NCBI GenBank assembly: GCA_030697705.1 | Contig: JAUYPE010000006.1 | Span: 4,686 to 68,685, forward strand | Origin: a bacterium | GTDB lineage: Bacteria > Patescibacteriota > Minisyncoccia > Sungbacterales > HO2-52-23 | DNA length: 64,000 nucleotides | Direction: 5' to 3' | Shown: positions 47,942 through 57,143 of the stretch, piece by piece | How the letters are laid out: each line of letters starts with the position of its first letter | Numbering within the stretch: the stretch's first letter is position 1 | Made by a program: the position numbers and the translations under genes | The notes under the pieces: generated by a model | The model's input: only the letters and a program-made list of their open reading frames with translations | What the model was told of the DNA's origin: nothing | The model's database searches: none

Positions 47942-50080
47942 TCACAAAAGTGCCGATTCGTTTCTCGCCTCCTCAACCGCCTCGCCGAGCATTTGGTAAT
48001 AAAGATTCAAGCCGATTTTATTGATGGCGCCCGATTGCTTGCGACCAAGAATATTGCCCGCGCCGCGGATTTCCAAATCGCGCAGGGCGAGCTGATATCC
48101 TGCGCCAAGTTCGGCGTATTCTTGCAGTGCCTCCAGCCGTTCTGTCGCTTTTTGGGTAAGATGTTTGGGACGATACAAAAAATACGCATACGCCTGATCC
48201 GTCCCACGGCCAATCCTACCGCGGAGCTGGTGCGCCTGCGCGAGTCCGAGCCGCGTCGCGTCGTCTACGATGAGCGTATTGGCAGATGAGATATCCAAAC
48301 CGTTTTCAATAATAGTGGTGGCAAGAAGAATATCTATTTTTCCCTCGCGAAACTCATTCATCGTGCGGATGATCGCGTCTTCCCCCATCCGGCCGTGCAT
48401 GATCGCGATGCGGGGTTTAACCCTTATTCCGTCATCCAGAGTCCCGACTCGTCGGGACGAAGGATCCCGTAAATTAACGGGATTCCTCTCCGCCCCAGGC
48501 GGCTCGGAATGACGGACAAAACGGGTAAATCCCAGCTTAGCTTTTTTTGCAAGCATGCGCTCAAGTTTCTGCTTCACCGCGCCGATCGTTTCTATCCTAT
48601 TATGGAGAAAATAAACCTGCCCGCCGCGTTCGCGTTCGCGAAGAATCGCCTCGGCAATGAGCTTGGCGGAATAAGGGAGGACGAGCGTCTGGATGGCGAG
48701 GCGGCCGGGCGGCGGGGTATCCAGTGTGGAAATGTCGCGAAGCCGCGCAAGGGTAAGTTGCATAGTGCGGGGGATGGGCGTTGCCGAGAGTGAGAGTATA
48801 TCAACATCGGCGCAAATTTCTTTTAAGCGTTCTTTTTGTTTAACACCGAAGCGCTGTTCTTCGTCCAGAATTACCATACCGAGATTCTTGAACGCCACAT
48901 CGCGTGAGAGGAGCCGGTGTGTGCCGATGATGCAATCAATTTTTCCATTCTGCACCTCGTCAAGCATGCGTGTTTGTTCTGCGGGAGAGGCGAGCCGGGA
49001 AATCATGCGGACGGAGACAGGGAGAGCGGCGAATCGCTCGCGGAACGTCCGTTCGTGCTGTGCGGCGAGGACGGTGGTGGGAGCCAAAACGGCGACCTGT
49101 GCGCCGGAGGCGATAATGCGCATCGCCGCGCGGATGGCAACCTCCGTTTTACCGAATCCCACATCGCCGCAGAGGACGCGATCCATGGGTGCATCACGTG
49201 CCATGTCGGCGAGGATTTCGTTTTCCGCTCGCGACTGGTCTTCTGTTTCTTGATAAGGGAAACTTTCGCGGAGTCGTGCTTCCATGTCGTTGTCCCCCGT
49301 GCGGGGAGGGCGCCGTGCGAGGGAACGCTTGGCATAGAGTGCAAGAAGTGCCCGCGCAAGTTTTTCTGTTTCTTCCTTTACTTTTCGTTTGGTATTCATC
49401 CACAGCGAACCGCCCAAACGATGTACGCGGGGTAACTCAAACCCCACATAGGGCGAGAGCCGCTCGTACTGCACGCGCGGTACAAATAGACGATCCGGCT
49501 CCGCTCCCTCGCGCGGCGGCGCGTATTCTATGATGAAAAAGTCATCCGTCGGTATGTCCGTTCCCAAAATGTTTTTTTGCCGCGCGTCTGTCCCCATGCC
49601 GTGAAAGATACCAATGCCGTGGTCAATATGGACGACGAAACTTCCCGGAGCGAGGTTCTCCATCGTTGTTTTTTGCGAGATGCGCGGTTTTGCGTGCGGC
49701 AGTTCTTCCGTCGGCGGGCGCTGGACAAGCGATGCGATCGTATTTCCCGAAAACTCAATCAAATAAGGTACAGCCGTATTAATCGGCCAGATCTCTATGA
49801 CCCCGCCGCGTACGGCGAAAAGCCCGCGACTCCGCACCGTTTGCACGCGCTCATAGCTAAAACCGGATAGCCGCCGTGCAAGTTCCGCCGGCTTCATGAC
49901 CAAGTCCTGCTCAACAAAAAATGCATGCTCCCGCCACCACGGATTCGCCATCCGCGCCTTCTTAATTGATTCCTGATTTTCCGCGTACCACAAAACATCC
50001 CTCTCCAAATTTTGGGGGGTTACCGAGACGATGAGGAGTTCTTGTGGTGGTGCCGCGCCCTGCGGCGCTTTGCCAGCCAT
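47942..50080 (-). CDS. mfd: transcription-repair coupling factor, short form, with in-frame palindromic insert
   Basis: VVHIDHGIG (CarD/RID), GDVGFGKTE, DEEQRFG, SATPIPRT, QLRGRIGR, DLEIRGAGN. Confidence 0.93.
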   Translation of the reverse strand: MAGKAPQGAAPPQELLIVSVTPQNLERDVLWYAENQESIKKARMANPWWREHAFFVEQDLVMKPAELARRLSGFSYERVQTVRSRGLFAVRGGVIEIWPINTAVPYLIEFSGNTIASLVQRPPTEELPHAKPRISQKTTMENLAPGSFVVHIDHGIGIFHGMGTDARQKNILGTDIPTDDFFIIEYAPPREGAEPDRLFVPRVQYERLSPYVGFELPRVHRLGGSLWMNTKRKVKEETEKLARALLALYAKRSLARRPPRTGDNDMEARLRESFPYQETEDQSRAENEILADMARDAPMDRVLCGDVGFGKTEVAIRAAMRIIASGAQVAVLAPTTVLAAQHERTFRERFAALPVSVRMISRLASPAEQTRMLDEVQNGKIDCIIGTHRLLSRDVAFKNLGMVILDEEQRFGVKQKERLKEICADVDILSLSATPIPRTMQLTLARLRDISTLDTPPPGRLAIQTLVLPYSAKLIAEAILRERERGGQVYFLHNRIETIGAVKQKLERMLAKKAKLGFTRFVRHSEPPGAERNPVNLRDPSSRRVGTLDDGIRVKPRIAIMHGRMGEDAIIRTMNEFREGKIDILLATTIIENGLDISSANTLIVDDATRLGLAQAHQLRGRIGRGTDQAYAYFLYRPKHLTQKATERLEALQEYAELGAGYQLALRDLEIRGAGNILGRKQSGAINKIGLNLYYQMLGEAVEEARNESALL
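48430..48514 (+). repeat. CGTC-type palindromic element copy 4 (in frame in mfd, read on minus strand)
   Basis: CGTCATCCAGAG..GAAGGATCCCGT..ACGGGATTCCTC..CTCGGAATGACG. Confidence 0.9.
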
Positions 50081-50166
50081 CTCCGCATTATAGAGAAATG
50101 CCGATATTCTACAAGTGTTACGGTGTTCTGAATAAAATCAGGACGGGATTAGTAATCCTCCTCTCA

Positions 50167-50601
50167 CTACTCTAAGAAATATCCTGAATCTAATCGTATA
50201 TTTTCATCAGCGAAGACGGTGTCACTGACTATTCGTTGATCGTTCTTTAGTTTATTAATGACGGTATCAAGATCCCTCAATGTTTCAGTAGAAATTTCCA
50301 AAATGTAAGCGTTTTTATAGGGATATTCTCCGAAAATTTTAGCTCCAATCTCAAGGGCTATGGATTTAGCCACTGCTGTGTGGCTAGGGTTAGGCACGCC
50401 ACTCCTGGAGGTCGAACGGAGATGTATCAGGATCCGATGCATTTGTTTTTCTGTCAAGGGTCTTAGCGGCTGGTTGGTGGTTGCGGCGGGGGCTTGAATG
50501 GCAGGAATGATCGCAAAGGGTTTGTTGAAAGAAAGATATGCTACCGTGCCAGCAAAAACTAGCACAAGAATGCCAGTAATAATGACAATTTTTTTATCCA
50601 T
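50167..50601 (-). CDS. hypothetical membrane-anchored protein
   Basis: N-terminal TM; 144 aa; directly downstream of pth. Confidence 0.6.
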   Translation of the reverse strand: MDKKIVIITGILVLVFAGTVAYLSFNKPFAIIPAIQAPAATTNQPLRPLTEKQMHRILIHLRSTSRSGVPNPSHTAVAKSIALEIGAKIFGEYPYKNAYILEISTETLRDLDTVINKLKNDQRIVSDTVFADENIRLDSGYFLE

Positions 50602-50612
50602 GATAATGGTCG

Positions 50613-51176
50613 TTAACTATTATACTCATTCATGGCGCGACTACCGCCGGTGGTGATGGCGATTTCCAGTGCCACTAGGGTTTTTTTGGCTATTTTCTTA
50701 ATTAATTTTACCTCGTCGGGAGTGAAGTGCTTTAAGACGAGGCGGTCGGCGGGGATGTCGCGCTTGCCCGCGATGCCAATCCGAAAGCGCCAGAATTCGT
50801 TTGTCTTTAGGGCGCGAATGACCGAGTCCACGCCCTTGTGTCCAGCAGAGCGTTTGGCGTATGAAAGTTTGGCGGAACCCAATGCAATATCCGCGTCGTC
50901 GTGGACGAGAAATATATGAGCGGGTTTGATTTTGTAAAACACTGCGATGGGGCCGGCCGCTTTGCCGGAGTTGTTCATGAGCGTATCAGGAAGGGCGAGG
51001 ATGATTTTTTCTTTGCCGATGTTACCTTCACTTATGAGTGTTTTCCATTTTTTTTCCGTGCGAAATTCAGGAAAGTTGTGGGCTTTGGCGAAGTCCATAA
51101 CAACATCGCGTCCCGCATTATGGCGCGTTTTCTCGTATTCTTTTCCCGGATTGCCGAGTCCGATAATGAGGAGCAC
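50613..51176 (-). CDS. pth: peptidyl-tRNA hydrolase
   Basis: IIGLGNPG..Y..TRHNAG, MNNSG, VHDD, GHKG, RFRIGI. Confidence 0.96.
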   Translation of the reverse strand: MLLIIGLGNPGKEYEKTRHNAGRDVVMDFAKAHNFPEFRTEKKWKTLISEGNIGKEKIILALPDTLMNNSGKAAGPIAVFYKIKPAHIFLVHDDADIALGSAKLSYAKRSAGHKGVDSVIRALKTNEFWRFRIGIAGKRDIPADRLVLKHFTPDEVKLIKKIAKKTLVALEIAITTGGSRAMNEYNS

Positions 51177-51199
51177 AGTTAAAGCTTATGGTTTTTGTC

Positions 51200-51283
51200 C
51201 GTCATTCTGAACGCAGTGAAGAATCCCGTATGATTTCAGTATGTTGAACATTAACGGGATTCCTCGCTTCGCTCGGAATGACA
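51200..51283 (+). repeat. CGTC-type palindromic element copy 5 (intergenic)
   Basis: CGTCATTCTGAACGCAGTGAAGAATCCCGT..TTCAGTATGTTGAA..ACGGGATTCCTCG..CTCGGAATGAC. Confidence 0.92.
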
Positions 51284-51363
51284 AGAGGGCGAAAAATATA
51301 GTATTTGTAGGATTTTGAGGGTTATTATTTGCCAATAGAGCTTAGGTCAACTATACTCTACGC

Positions 51364-51963
51364 ATGATTGAGAGTAAAGATGGCGAAGTGGGCGAAATGT
51401 CTGCGCCGGAGACACAAAAAAAACCAACACAGGGGTGGTACGAATTTCTCCGCTTTGCCGCCGTCGCGTTGGCGTTGGCGCTTTTCGTCCGCTTTTATGT
51501 CGCCCAGCCGTTTATTGTCCGTGGCGCCTCCATGGAGCCGAATTTCGAGGATCGCGAATATCTCGTCATTGATGAGGCATCGTACCACTTTCGCGAGCCG
51601 GAACGTGGCGAGGTTGTTGTCTTCCGCTATCCGCGGAATACGGATGAATTTTTTATCAAGCGCATTATCGGTCTTCCGGGTGAGCAGGTAGTCATCTCCG
51701 GCGGGCATGTCAAAATAATAAATGCCGCACATCCGGAAGGTTTCGTGCTAGGCGAGTCCTATCTTTCCGCGGATGTGGGAACGTATCTTGACCAGACGAA
51801 GACGCTTGCCGCCGGACAATATTTCGTTCTGGGGGACAACCGCCCCGCCTCCTCCGACTCCCGTGTGTGGGGGGTCTTGGACAGGGGCTTCATCGTCGGT
51901 CGCGTATTTTTCCGTGCATGGCCGCTGACGCGACTGGGTATTGTATTAGACAACGGGCAGTAG
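51364..51963 (+). CDS. lepB: signal peptidase I
   Basis: V.GASMEPN, FIKRIIGLPG, GDNR.ASSDSR. Confidence 0.95.
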   Translation: MIESKDGEVGEMSAPETQKKPTQGWYEFLRFAAVALALALFVRFYVAQPFIVRGASMEPNFEDREYLVIDEASYHFREPERGEVVVFRYPRNTDEFFIKRIIGLPGEQVVISGGHVKIINAAHPEGFVLGESYLSADVGTYLDQTKTLAAGQYFVLGDNRPASSDSRVWGVLDRGFIVGRVFFRAWPLTRLGIVLDNGQ

Positions 51964-51998
51964 ACGTTTTAATTGGATAATCCTTTTATCCCCCTCTT

Positions 51999-53393
51999 AT
52001 GCCGAAAGCACGAACCGCCGGAGTGCCGTTTCTCATTCCTACCGATCGCCCGCCCGCACGCGAACTTTTGTTTGCGCATATACGCACCACTTTCGGCACC
52101 TTGGCGGGTTTTTACGGATTTAATGCGATGCATGTTGCGCCTCTTTTGGAAGCAAGCACTCTCTCACCGCTTGCCAAAGCGGGATTACTTGAGGAAGTTT
52201 CTCCCGTTACGGCAAAAACCAAGACGGGTGAGGATTTTATCCTGCGACCAAGTACCGTTCTGCTTATCCTTGCCGCGTACGGGCCGTACAAAATGAACGA
52301 CTTGCCTCATCCGCTCAAGGTCTCATGCGGCGGCGAGGTTTTTTCCCTCGGGACGGGAGTCGAGGGACGGCTTAAGACCACCTCCGAGGAGGGGATTGTG
52401 ATGATCGGCGAGGAGGGACCTATTGCCGAAGCCGAGATTGTGCAGGTGCTGTGGCGCGCGTTGCAGGAGTTTGGCGCGAGTGCGGAACGTGTACGTATGG
52501 AGGTGAGTGCAACGGGGTGTACCCAATGTCGCGCGGGATTCCGGTCTTCTTTTAACGCGCACTTCCGCACGCGTCTTGCACGCCTGTGTACGGCATGCAA
52601 GCGCCGGTTTAAAAAAAATCCCACCCAGATACTGACCTGCACCGAAGAAAAGTGCGCTGCGCTCTCGGCAACCGCCCCCTCTATTCTTGATTTTTTGTGC
52701 GAACCGTGCAAGAAACATCTGCGGGGTTTTCTGGAGTTTTTGGATGAGATCGGTATCTCATATTTTCTGGATGCGAAATATTTTCGCGAGGGTTCATGGT
52801 ACCATCAATTGATTTTCCGTATTGTTACCAATGACGCCGAGATTTCCCTGCCGGAGGCGGAGGGAGTCGCCGACGGGATGGTTGCGGATGCACCAACGGA
52901 TGTTCCGACGGTGGCGCCGACCGGCAGTGCCGTGACGCGCCTGCGGGGCATGGTATTGGCCGAGGGTGGGCGCGTCTCCAAAGCAGGGGAGCTACTCGTA
53001 GGGAGACGACTTGATGCGGTGGCGGGGGTGCTTAATCCCGAAAATATTGAACGGGCGCGGCACGCATGGAAACTGCCCGATCCCGAGCCGCCCGTCCCTC
53101 ATATTTTTTTGGCGCAGTTGGGTGAATACGCCAAGCGCAAGAGTATGAATATTTTTGAATTGCTTCGACGCGAGGGCATTCCGGTGCGCGAATCGCTCGG
53201 GCGGGATTCGCTCAAATCCCAGCTCACGGTTGCCGCCAAGATCGGTGCGCGCATGGCGTTGATCCTCGGTCAGAAAGAGGCGATCGACGGAACGGTCATC
53301 GTGCGCGAGGTTGAGTCAGGTATTCAGGAGACGGTTCCGCAAGAGAAGCTTATTGATCTCTTGCGCCGCTACTTGAAAAAAAACGGGGAGTAG
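51999..53393 (+). CDS. histidine--tRNA ligase-like protein with degenerate catalytic motifs
   Basis: HisRS layout (P..E, LRP, Cys-rich insertion C..C..R...NP..IL.C, L.E.C.KH, anticodon domain LK.QL..A.K.GA...ILG..E) but motifs 2 and 3 altered. Confidence 0.8.
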   Translation: MPKARTAGVPFLIPTDRPPARELLFAHIRTTFGTLAGFYGFNAMHVAPLLEASTLSPLAKAGLLEEVSPVTAKTKTGEDFILRPSTVLLILAAYGPYKMNDLPHPLKVSCGGEVFSLGTGVEGRLKTTSEEGIVMIGEEGPIAEAEIVQVLWRALQEFGASAERVRMEVSATGCTQCRAGFRSSFNAHFRTRLARLCTACKRRFKKNPTQILTCTEEKCAALSATAPSILDFLCEPCKKHLRGFLEFLDEIGISYFLDAKYFREGSWYHQLIFRIVTNDAEISLPEAEGVADGMVADAPTDVPTVAPTGSAVTRLRGMVLAEGGRVSKAGELLVGRRLDAVAGVLNPENIERARHAWKLPDPEPPVPHIFLAQLGEYAKRKSMNIFELLRREGIPVRESLGRDSLKSQLTVAAKIGARMALILGQKEAIDGTVIVREVESGIQETVPQEKLIDLLRRYLKKNGE

Positions 53394-53438
53394 GATATAA
53401 CAGAGTGGCGGGGTTGTTATCCCCCGCTTGTAGTTTTT

Positions 53439-53780
53439 ATGGATGGATGCCTATTTTGCGGAATTGCCGGTGGAGCGGTAAAAACCGAGATGGTTTTTGC
53501 GGATGACGCCGTGTGCGTCTTTCGCGACATCCACCCCAAGGCGCCGGTGCATTTCTTGATCATTCCGCGCGAACATATTGAGTCAATCGCTCATCTGGAG
53601 GAGCATCACGCGGCTATCGTCGCGCAGCTTATCTTTACGGCAAAACGCGTTGCGGCGGAACAGGGGCTTGAGGGCTACAAACTAGTGTTTAATGTCGGAC
53701 GGGACGGTGGGCAGGTCATTGACCATCTGCATCTCCACCTCCTCGGCGGATGGAAAGATGGAGAAAAGATAAGTGGTTAG
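53439..53780 (+). CDS. HIT family protein
   Basis: CLFC.I, FRDIHPKAPVH, GQVIDHLHLHLLGG. Confidence 0.95.
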   Translation: MDGCLFCGIAGGAVKTEMVFADDAVCVFRDIHPKAPVHFLIIPREHIESIAHLEEHHAAIVAQLIFTAKRVAAEQGLEGYKLVFNVGRDGGQVIDHLHLHLLGGWKDGEKISG

Positions 53781-53791
53781 TATCAGCTATT

Positions 53792-53819
53792 TATCATTCA
53801 GCATTTGTAATTTATCATT
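53792..53819 (-). repeat. intergenic heptamer tract, same units as in ileS/leuS
   Basis: minus strand aatgata aattaca aatgctg aatgata. Confidence 0.65.
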
Positions 53820-53825
53820 CTTGTT

Positions 53826-54059
53826 ATGGTTGAAGTACGAAGACGGGAACACGAAACGATAGGTGCGATGTTGCGCCGCTTCACGCGTCGCGTCCAGCAG
53901 TCGGGCGTGCTTATGCAGGTACGCAAAAAGCGCTTCTATAAGTCCGCACCAACCCGCCGCGCCATACGCGCTGGCGCCCTGCGCCGCACCGAGGTGACGC
54001 GCGAGCGAATCAAGCTTCAGAAGCTCGGCAAGCTTAACGAGGAGGAGCGGCGGAAATAA
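53826..54059 (+). CDS. rpsU: 30S ribosomal protein bS21
   Basis: basic 77 aa; E.....LRRF.R.V..SG.L...RK.RFY; upstream of yqeY as usual. Confidence 0.8.
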   Translation: MVEVRRREHETIGAMLRRFTRRVQQSGVLMQVRKKRFYKSAPTRRAIRAGALRRTEVTRERIKLQKLGKLNEEERRK

Positions 54060-54078
54060 AGTAGGAGGTGTAATCAGA

Positions 54079-54187
54079 GTCATTCCGAGCGTGAGCGACT
54101 GCCAGGAGGCGTCCCGTGAGGGGGGAATTCCGTTAATATTCAGCATACTGAAATTGTACGGGATCCTTCGCTACGCTCTGGATGACG
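54079..54187 (-). repeat. CGTC-type palindromic element copy 6 (intergenic, inverted)
   Basis: reverse complement CGTCATCCAGAGCGTAGCGAAGGATCCCGTAC..CAGTATGCTGAA..GCTCGGAATGAC. Confidence 0.92.
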
Positions 54188-54201
54188 GAGTTGTTTTTGC
54201 T

Positions 54202-54663
54202 ATGACTCTCCAAGAGCGGATTATCGCAGACATGAAGGATGCCATGCGGGCTCATGACGAGCTCCGTGTTTCTGTTTTGCGGATGCTTATCGCCGCGGTA
54301 AAAAACAAAGAAATTGCCGAGCGGGGACGAGGGAAGAGCGGTGAGTTGTCCGATGATGAGGTTTTGGCGGTATTCAAGACGGAGGTAAAAAAGCGGCGCG
54401 ACGGTGCGGAGGGATTCCGCGTGGGCGGGCGCTCTGAATCTGCGGAAAAAGAAGACGCCGAACGGTTGATGATCGAGCTCTATCTTCCTGCCGAACTCTC
54501 GGATGAGGAGATAAAAAAACTCGTCCAACCGCTTGCGGAAGGACGAGGTGCTGATGAGTTCGGTCGCGTTATGGGTGCGGCGATGAAAGCCGTTGCAGGT
54601 CGTGCGAACGGCGACCGTATCGGTGCAATCGTGAAGAAGATGCTTGGCGGGGTAAAGACCTAG
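54202..54663 (+). CDS. yqeY: GatB/YqeY domain protein
   Basis: L.ERI..DMK.AMRA.D..R.SVLRM, KKRRD....F..GGR, YLP.EL, GRVMG. Confidence 0.92.
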   Translation: MTLQERIIADMKDAMRAHDELRVSVLRMLIAAVKNKEIAERGRGKSGELSDDEVLAVFKTEVKKRRDGAEGFRVGGRSESAEKEDAERLMIELYLPAELSDEEIKKLVQPLAEGRGADEFGRVMGAAMKAVAGRANGDRIGAIVKKMLGGVKT

Positions 54664-55208
54664 CGGAGACAGCAGAACTGGAAGTCTAATTGATATCGGA
54701 AGCCACTGGTAAGATCTTCGGGATCTTCTGCGAATAGAATACGCTCGGCTCCGCAGATACGAAAAGGATCTCTTCTGTTCCAGTAGCATCTATACTCAAA
54801 ACCATCTTCGATCAGACAATTGGAAATTGGTCCCCGAAACAGAGATGTAGTGTCGACTCTCTTGAGCATGCTCTCCAAAAACGCGAATGTCTTTTTTACT
54901 TGCCTCGGATCTCCAAGAGCATACCCATCATACGCCATGTGTGCAATTGGAACAAAAGGACCGAACTCATCGGTGCGCTCAAAATACATCTCGCGGCCGA
55001 AAAATGGATTATCAAGCGGGCCAGTTCCGTCCCACTGGTCTGTAAAACGCCACTGCGGCCAGCGCTCGTCATTGAATGTATACATCCAGCCGCCATGAGA
55101 AAGTTGTATGGCTCTCGTCTCTCCTCCTGAAGCGTAGGTCTTCTGTTTTGCCGTAACCATGAACTCAAGAAAGTTATGGTCGTCAAGGAGTGTTTTTGGC
55201 TGTGCCAT
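54660..55208 (-). CDS. hypothetical protein (DUF5680-like)
   Basis: F...AK.KTYA.GG, F.D.W.G...FFG.E, M.Y.G, FL..ML, FRGP. Confidence 0.7.
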   Translation of the reverse strand: MAQPKTLLDDHNFLEFMVTAKQKTYASGGETRAIQLSHGGWMYTFNDERWPQWRFTDQWDGTGPLDNPFFGREMYFERTDEFGPFVPIAHMAYDGYALGDPRQVKKTFAFLESMLKRVDTTSLFRGPISNCLIEDGFEYRCYWNRRDPFRICGAERILFAEDPEDLTSGFRYQLDFQFCCLR

Positions 55209-55228
55209 GGTCTACTTCCTCTCAAAAT

Positions 55229-55636
55229 ATGAAGGTGCATATTCAATCAACACTAACGACTATAATAGATTCTCCATCTAGTTTTGTCAACTCTCTTCCT
55301 GCTATAATCAAGAGACGATTACCAGAAGAGATTGCCATCGTCAGCGTCTCGTCCAAGGAGTCGCAAAAGTTAAACCGTCTCTATCGCACAAAAGACAGAC
55401 CGACGAATGTCCTGTCTTTTTTTTATGATAAAACCTACGGTGAAATTATCGTCTGTCCGGCGGCTATCCGCGCGGAAGCAAGGGTGGCGGGGAATTCTTA
55501 TAAATACCAGATGACATGGATGATAGTGCATGGTATGATCCATCTGGCGGGGGTCCATCATGAAGTATCGGCTATGGCGGAACAGGAGTTTGAACGGATT
55601 GAACGGCGAGCGCGGCAAAACATCAAGAACGAATGA
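55229..55636 (+). CDS. ybeY: rRNA maturation endoribonuclease YbeY
   Basis: LNRLYR.KD.PTNVLSF, GEIIVC, HGMIHL.G.HH; start uncertain. Confidence 0.9.
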   Translation: MKVHIQSTLTTIIDSPSSFVNSLPAIIKRRLPEEIAIVSVSSKESQKLNRLYRTKDRPTNVLSFFYDKTYGEIIVCPAAIRAEARVAGNSYKYQMTWMIVHGMIHLAGVHHEVSAMAEQEFERIERRARQNIKNE

Positions 55637-55637
55637 T

Positions 55638-55958
55638 ATGAACACGGTACCGAAAAAAATACAGGAGGTCGTGGATAAAATTGTTCGGGAGTATCAACCG
55701 GAGAAAATAATTCTCTTCGGCTCATGGGCGTGGGGAACGCCACACGAAGACAGTGATGTGGATTTGTTTATTATGAAAGAGAGCGAGCAAAAAAGGATAG
55801 ATCGCGAGCGAGAACTAAGAAAAAAACTCTATGGTAATAGATTCCCGCCTCTGGATCTGTTTATGTATACACCCGCAGAAACGGCGCGCAGATTATCCAT
55901 GGATGATTTTTTTATAAAGGAAATTATAGAAAAGGGAAAAGTATTGTATGCAAAATAA
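55638..55958 (+). CDS. minimal nucleotidyltransferase (MNT)
   Basis: PEKIILFGSWAWG....DSDVDLF. Confidence 0.92.
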   Translation: MNTVPKKIQEVVDKIVREYQPEKIILFGSWAWGTPHEDSDVDLFIMKESEQKRIDRERELRKKLYGNRFPPLDLFMYTPAETARRLSMDDFFIKEIIEKGKVLYAK

Positions 55959-57120
55959 ATTTTCTTCTCAAGAACTACTCGTAGCGGAGTGGATTAAACG
56001 CGGAGAAGACGACGAGCAGAATGTTCGTTCAATTCTTCTGCATCGCGATGGCACGCCAAATGCGGCTTGTCTTCTTTCACATCAGATGGCGGAGAAGTAC
56101 CTGAAAGCTTTTTTGGTTTTGACTAAAAAATGGTTTCCGAGAATACATCCATTGGATAAGTTGGTGGAACTTTGTGAAGAAATTGACATTTCTTTTAGAG
56201 AGTTAAATGATACTGCCGCTGATCTCAATCCGTTTTATACTCCCGCGCGATATCCGGGCGATTATCCTGATTTTTCGTGGAAAGATGCTGAAGAAGCATC
56301 TCTCTTAGCATTACGCATTAAAGAATTTGTACTCCCACGGCTTGAAACAGGAAGGGAAAAACAAGAAAAGAATGGTTTTGGTATCATCGGCATTTTGATC
56401 ACCGTTGCGACTATTGTGCTTGTCGGTGGTGGCGGGTTGTATGTGTGGGAGATTCAGCAACAAAAAGCCATTGAACAAATCGGGATTGAAAAAATCAAAG
56501 AAGGTCAAACGGTTCTATTTGGCAACGAAGCAGGCAAACTCTGCGGTCCGCAACCCCCGGTAATCTGTCAGGTGGGATTTGCGTTGGGATGCCGGATTGC
56601 CGACAAGCAATGGGGTTGCTATCCTGTTGATAACAGCGCTGATACCTCCACATGGAAGACCTACCGGAATGAAAAACATGGGTTTGAGGTGATGTATCCA
56701 ATTGGATTTACATTAAGTGCTGAAACAGAAAATGAAATAATATTTACCCACCGTCTGATAAGCGGATATCAAATTAGTATAAAAAAATATAATTGCGAGA
56801 ATATTAGCATTGATCGATGTAGTGTGCAAAACATTTTTGATGTTTCTAGGGAATCACTAGATGAGGTAATTGAAAACCACGAGTTCGTTAGTGAGGCACA
56901 GACGATAATAGTTGCTGGGCAAAAAGCCAAGACATTCACCTGGTTTACGATAGGAGATGGAGCGCGCTTGATACTTGTACCCCATCCAACAAAAAAATAT
57001 TTATATGATATTGGTGTGTCTTTTGGATTTGATCCGGGAAGTGGTAGAAACCGAGAAGATGTAGCACTGGATACTGAAACTGTTTCGATGCTCATCAATA
57101 GCTTCAAATTTACCAAATAA
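55948..57120 (+). CDS. HEPN domain fused to pilin-like TM segment and surface domain
   Basis: W...GEDD, HQMAEKYLKAFL, PRIHPL, ARYP; then KNGFGIIGILI-TM and DTSTWKTYRNEKHGFEVMYP. Confidence 0.85.
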   Translation: MQNKFSSQELLVAEWIKRGEDDEQNVRSILLHRDGTPNAACLLSHQMAEKYLKAFLVLTKKWFPRIHPLDKLVELCEEIDISFRELNDTAADLNPFYTPARYPGDYPDFSWKDAEEASLLALRIKEFVLPRLETGREKQEKNGFGIIGILITVATIVLVGGGGLYVWEIQQQKAIEQIGIEKIKEGQTVLFGNEAGKLCGPQPPVICQVGFALGCRIADKQWGCYPVDNSADTSTWKTYRNEKHGFEVMYPIGFTLSAETENEIIFTHRLISGYQISIKKYNCENISIDRCSVQNIFDVSRESLDEVIENHEFVSEAQTIIVAGQKAKTFTWFTIGDGARLILVPHPTKKYLYDIGVSFGFDPGSGRNREDVALDTETVSMLINSFKFTK

Positions 57121-57143
57121 TTTTAGGACTTACGCATTTTATC

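Noticed and set aside
57124-57136. TAGGACTTACGCA, reminiscent of a repeat-element end
   Set aside because: Single occurrence and no partner seen in the window.
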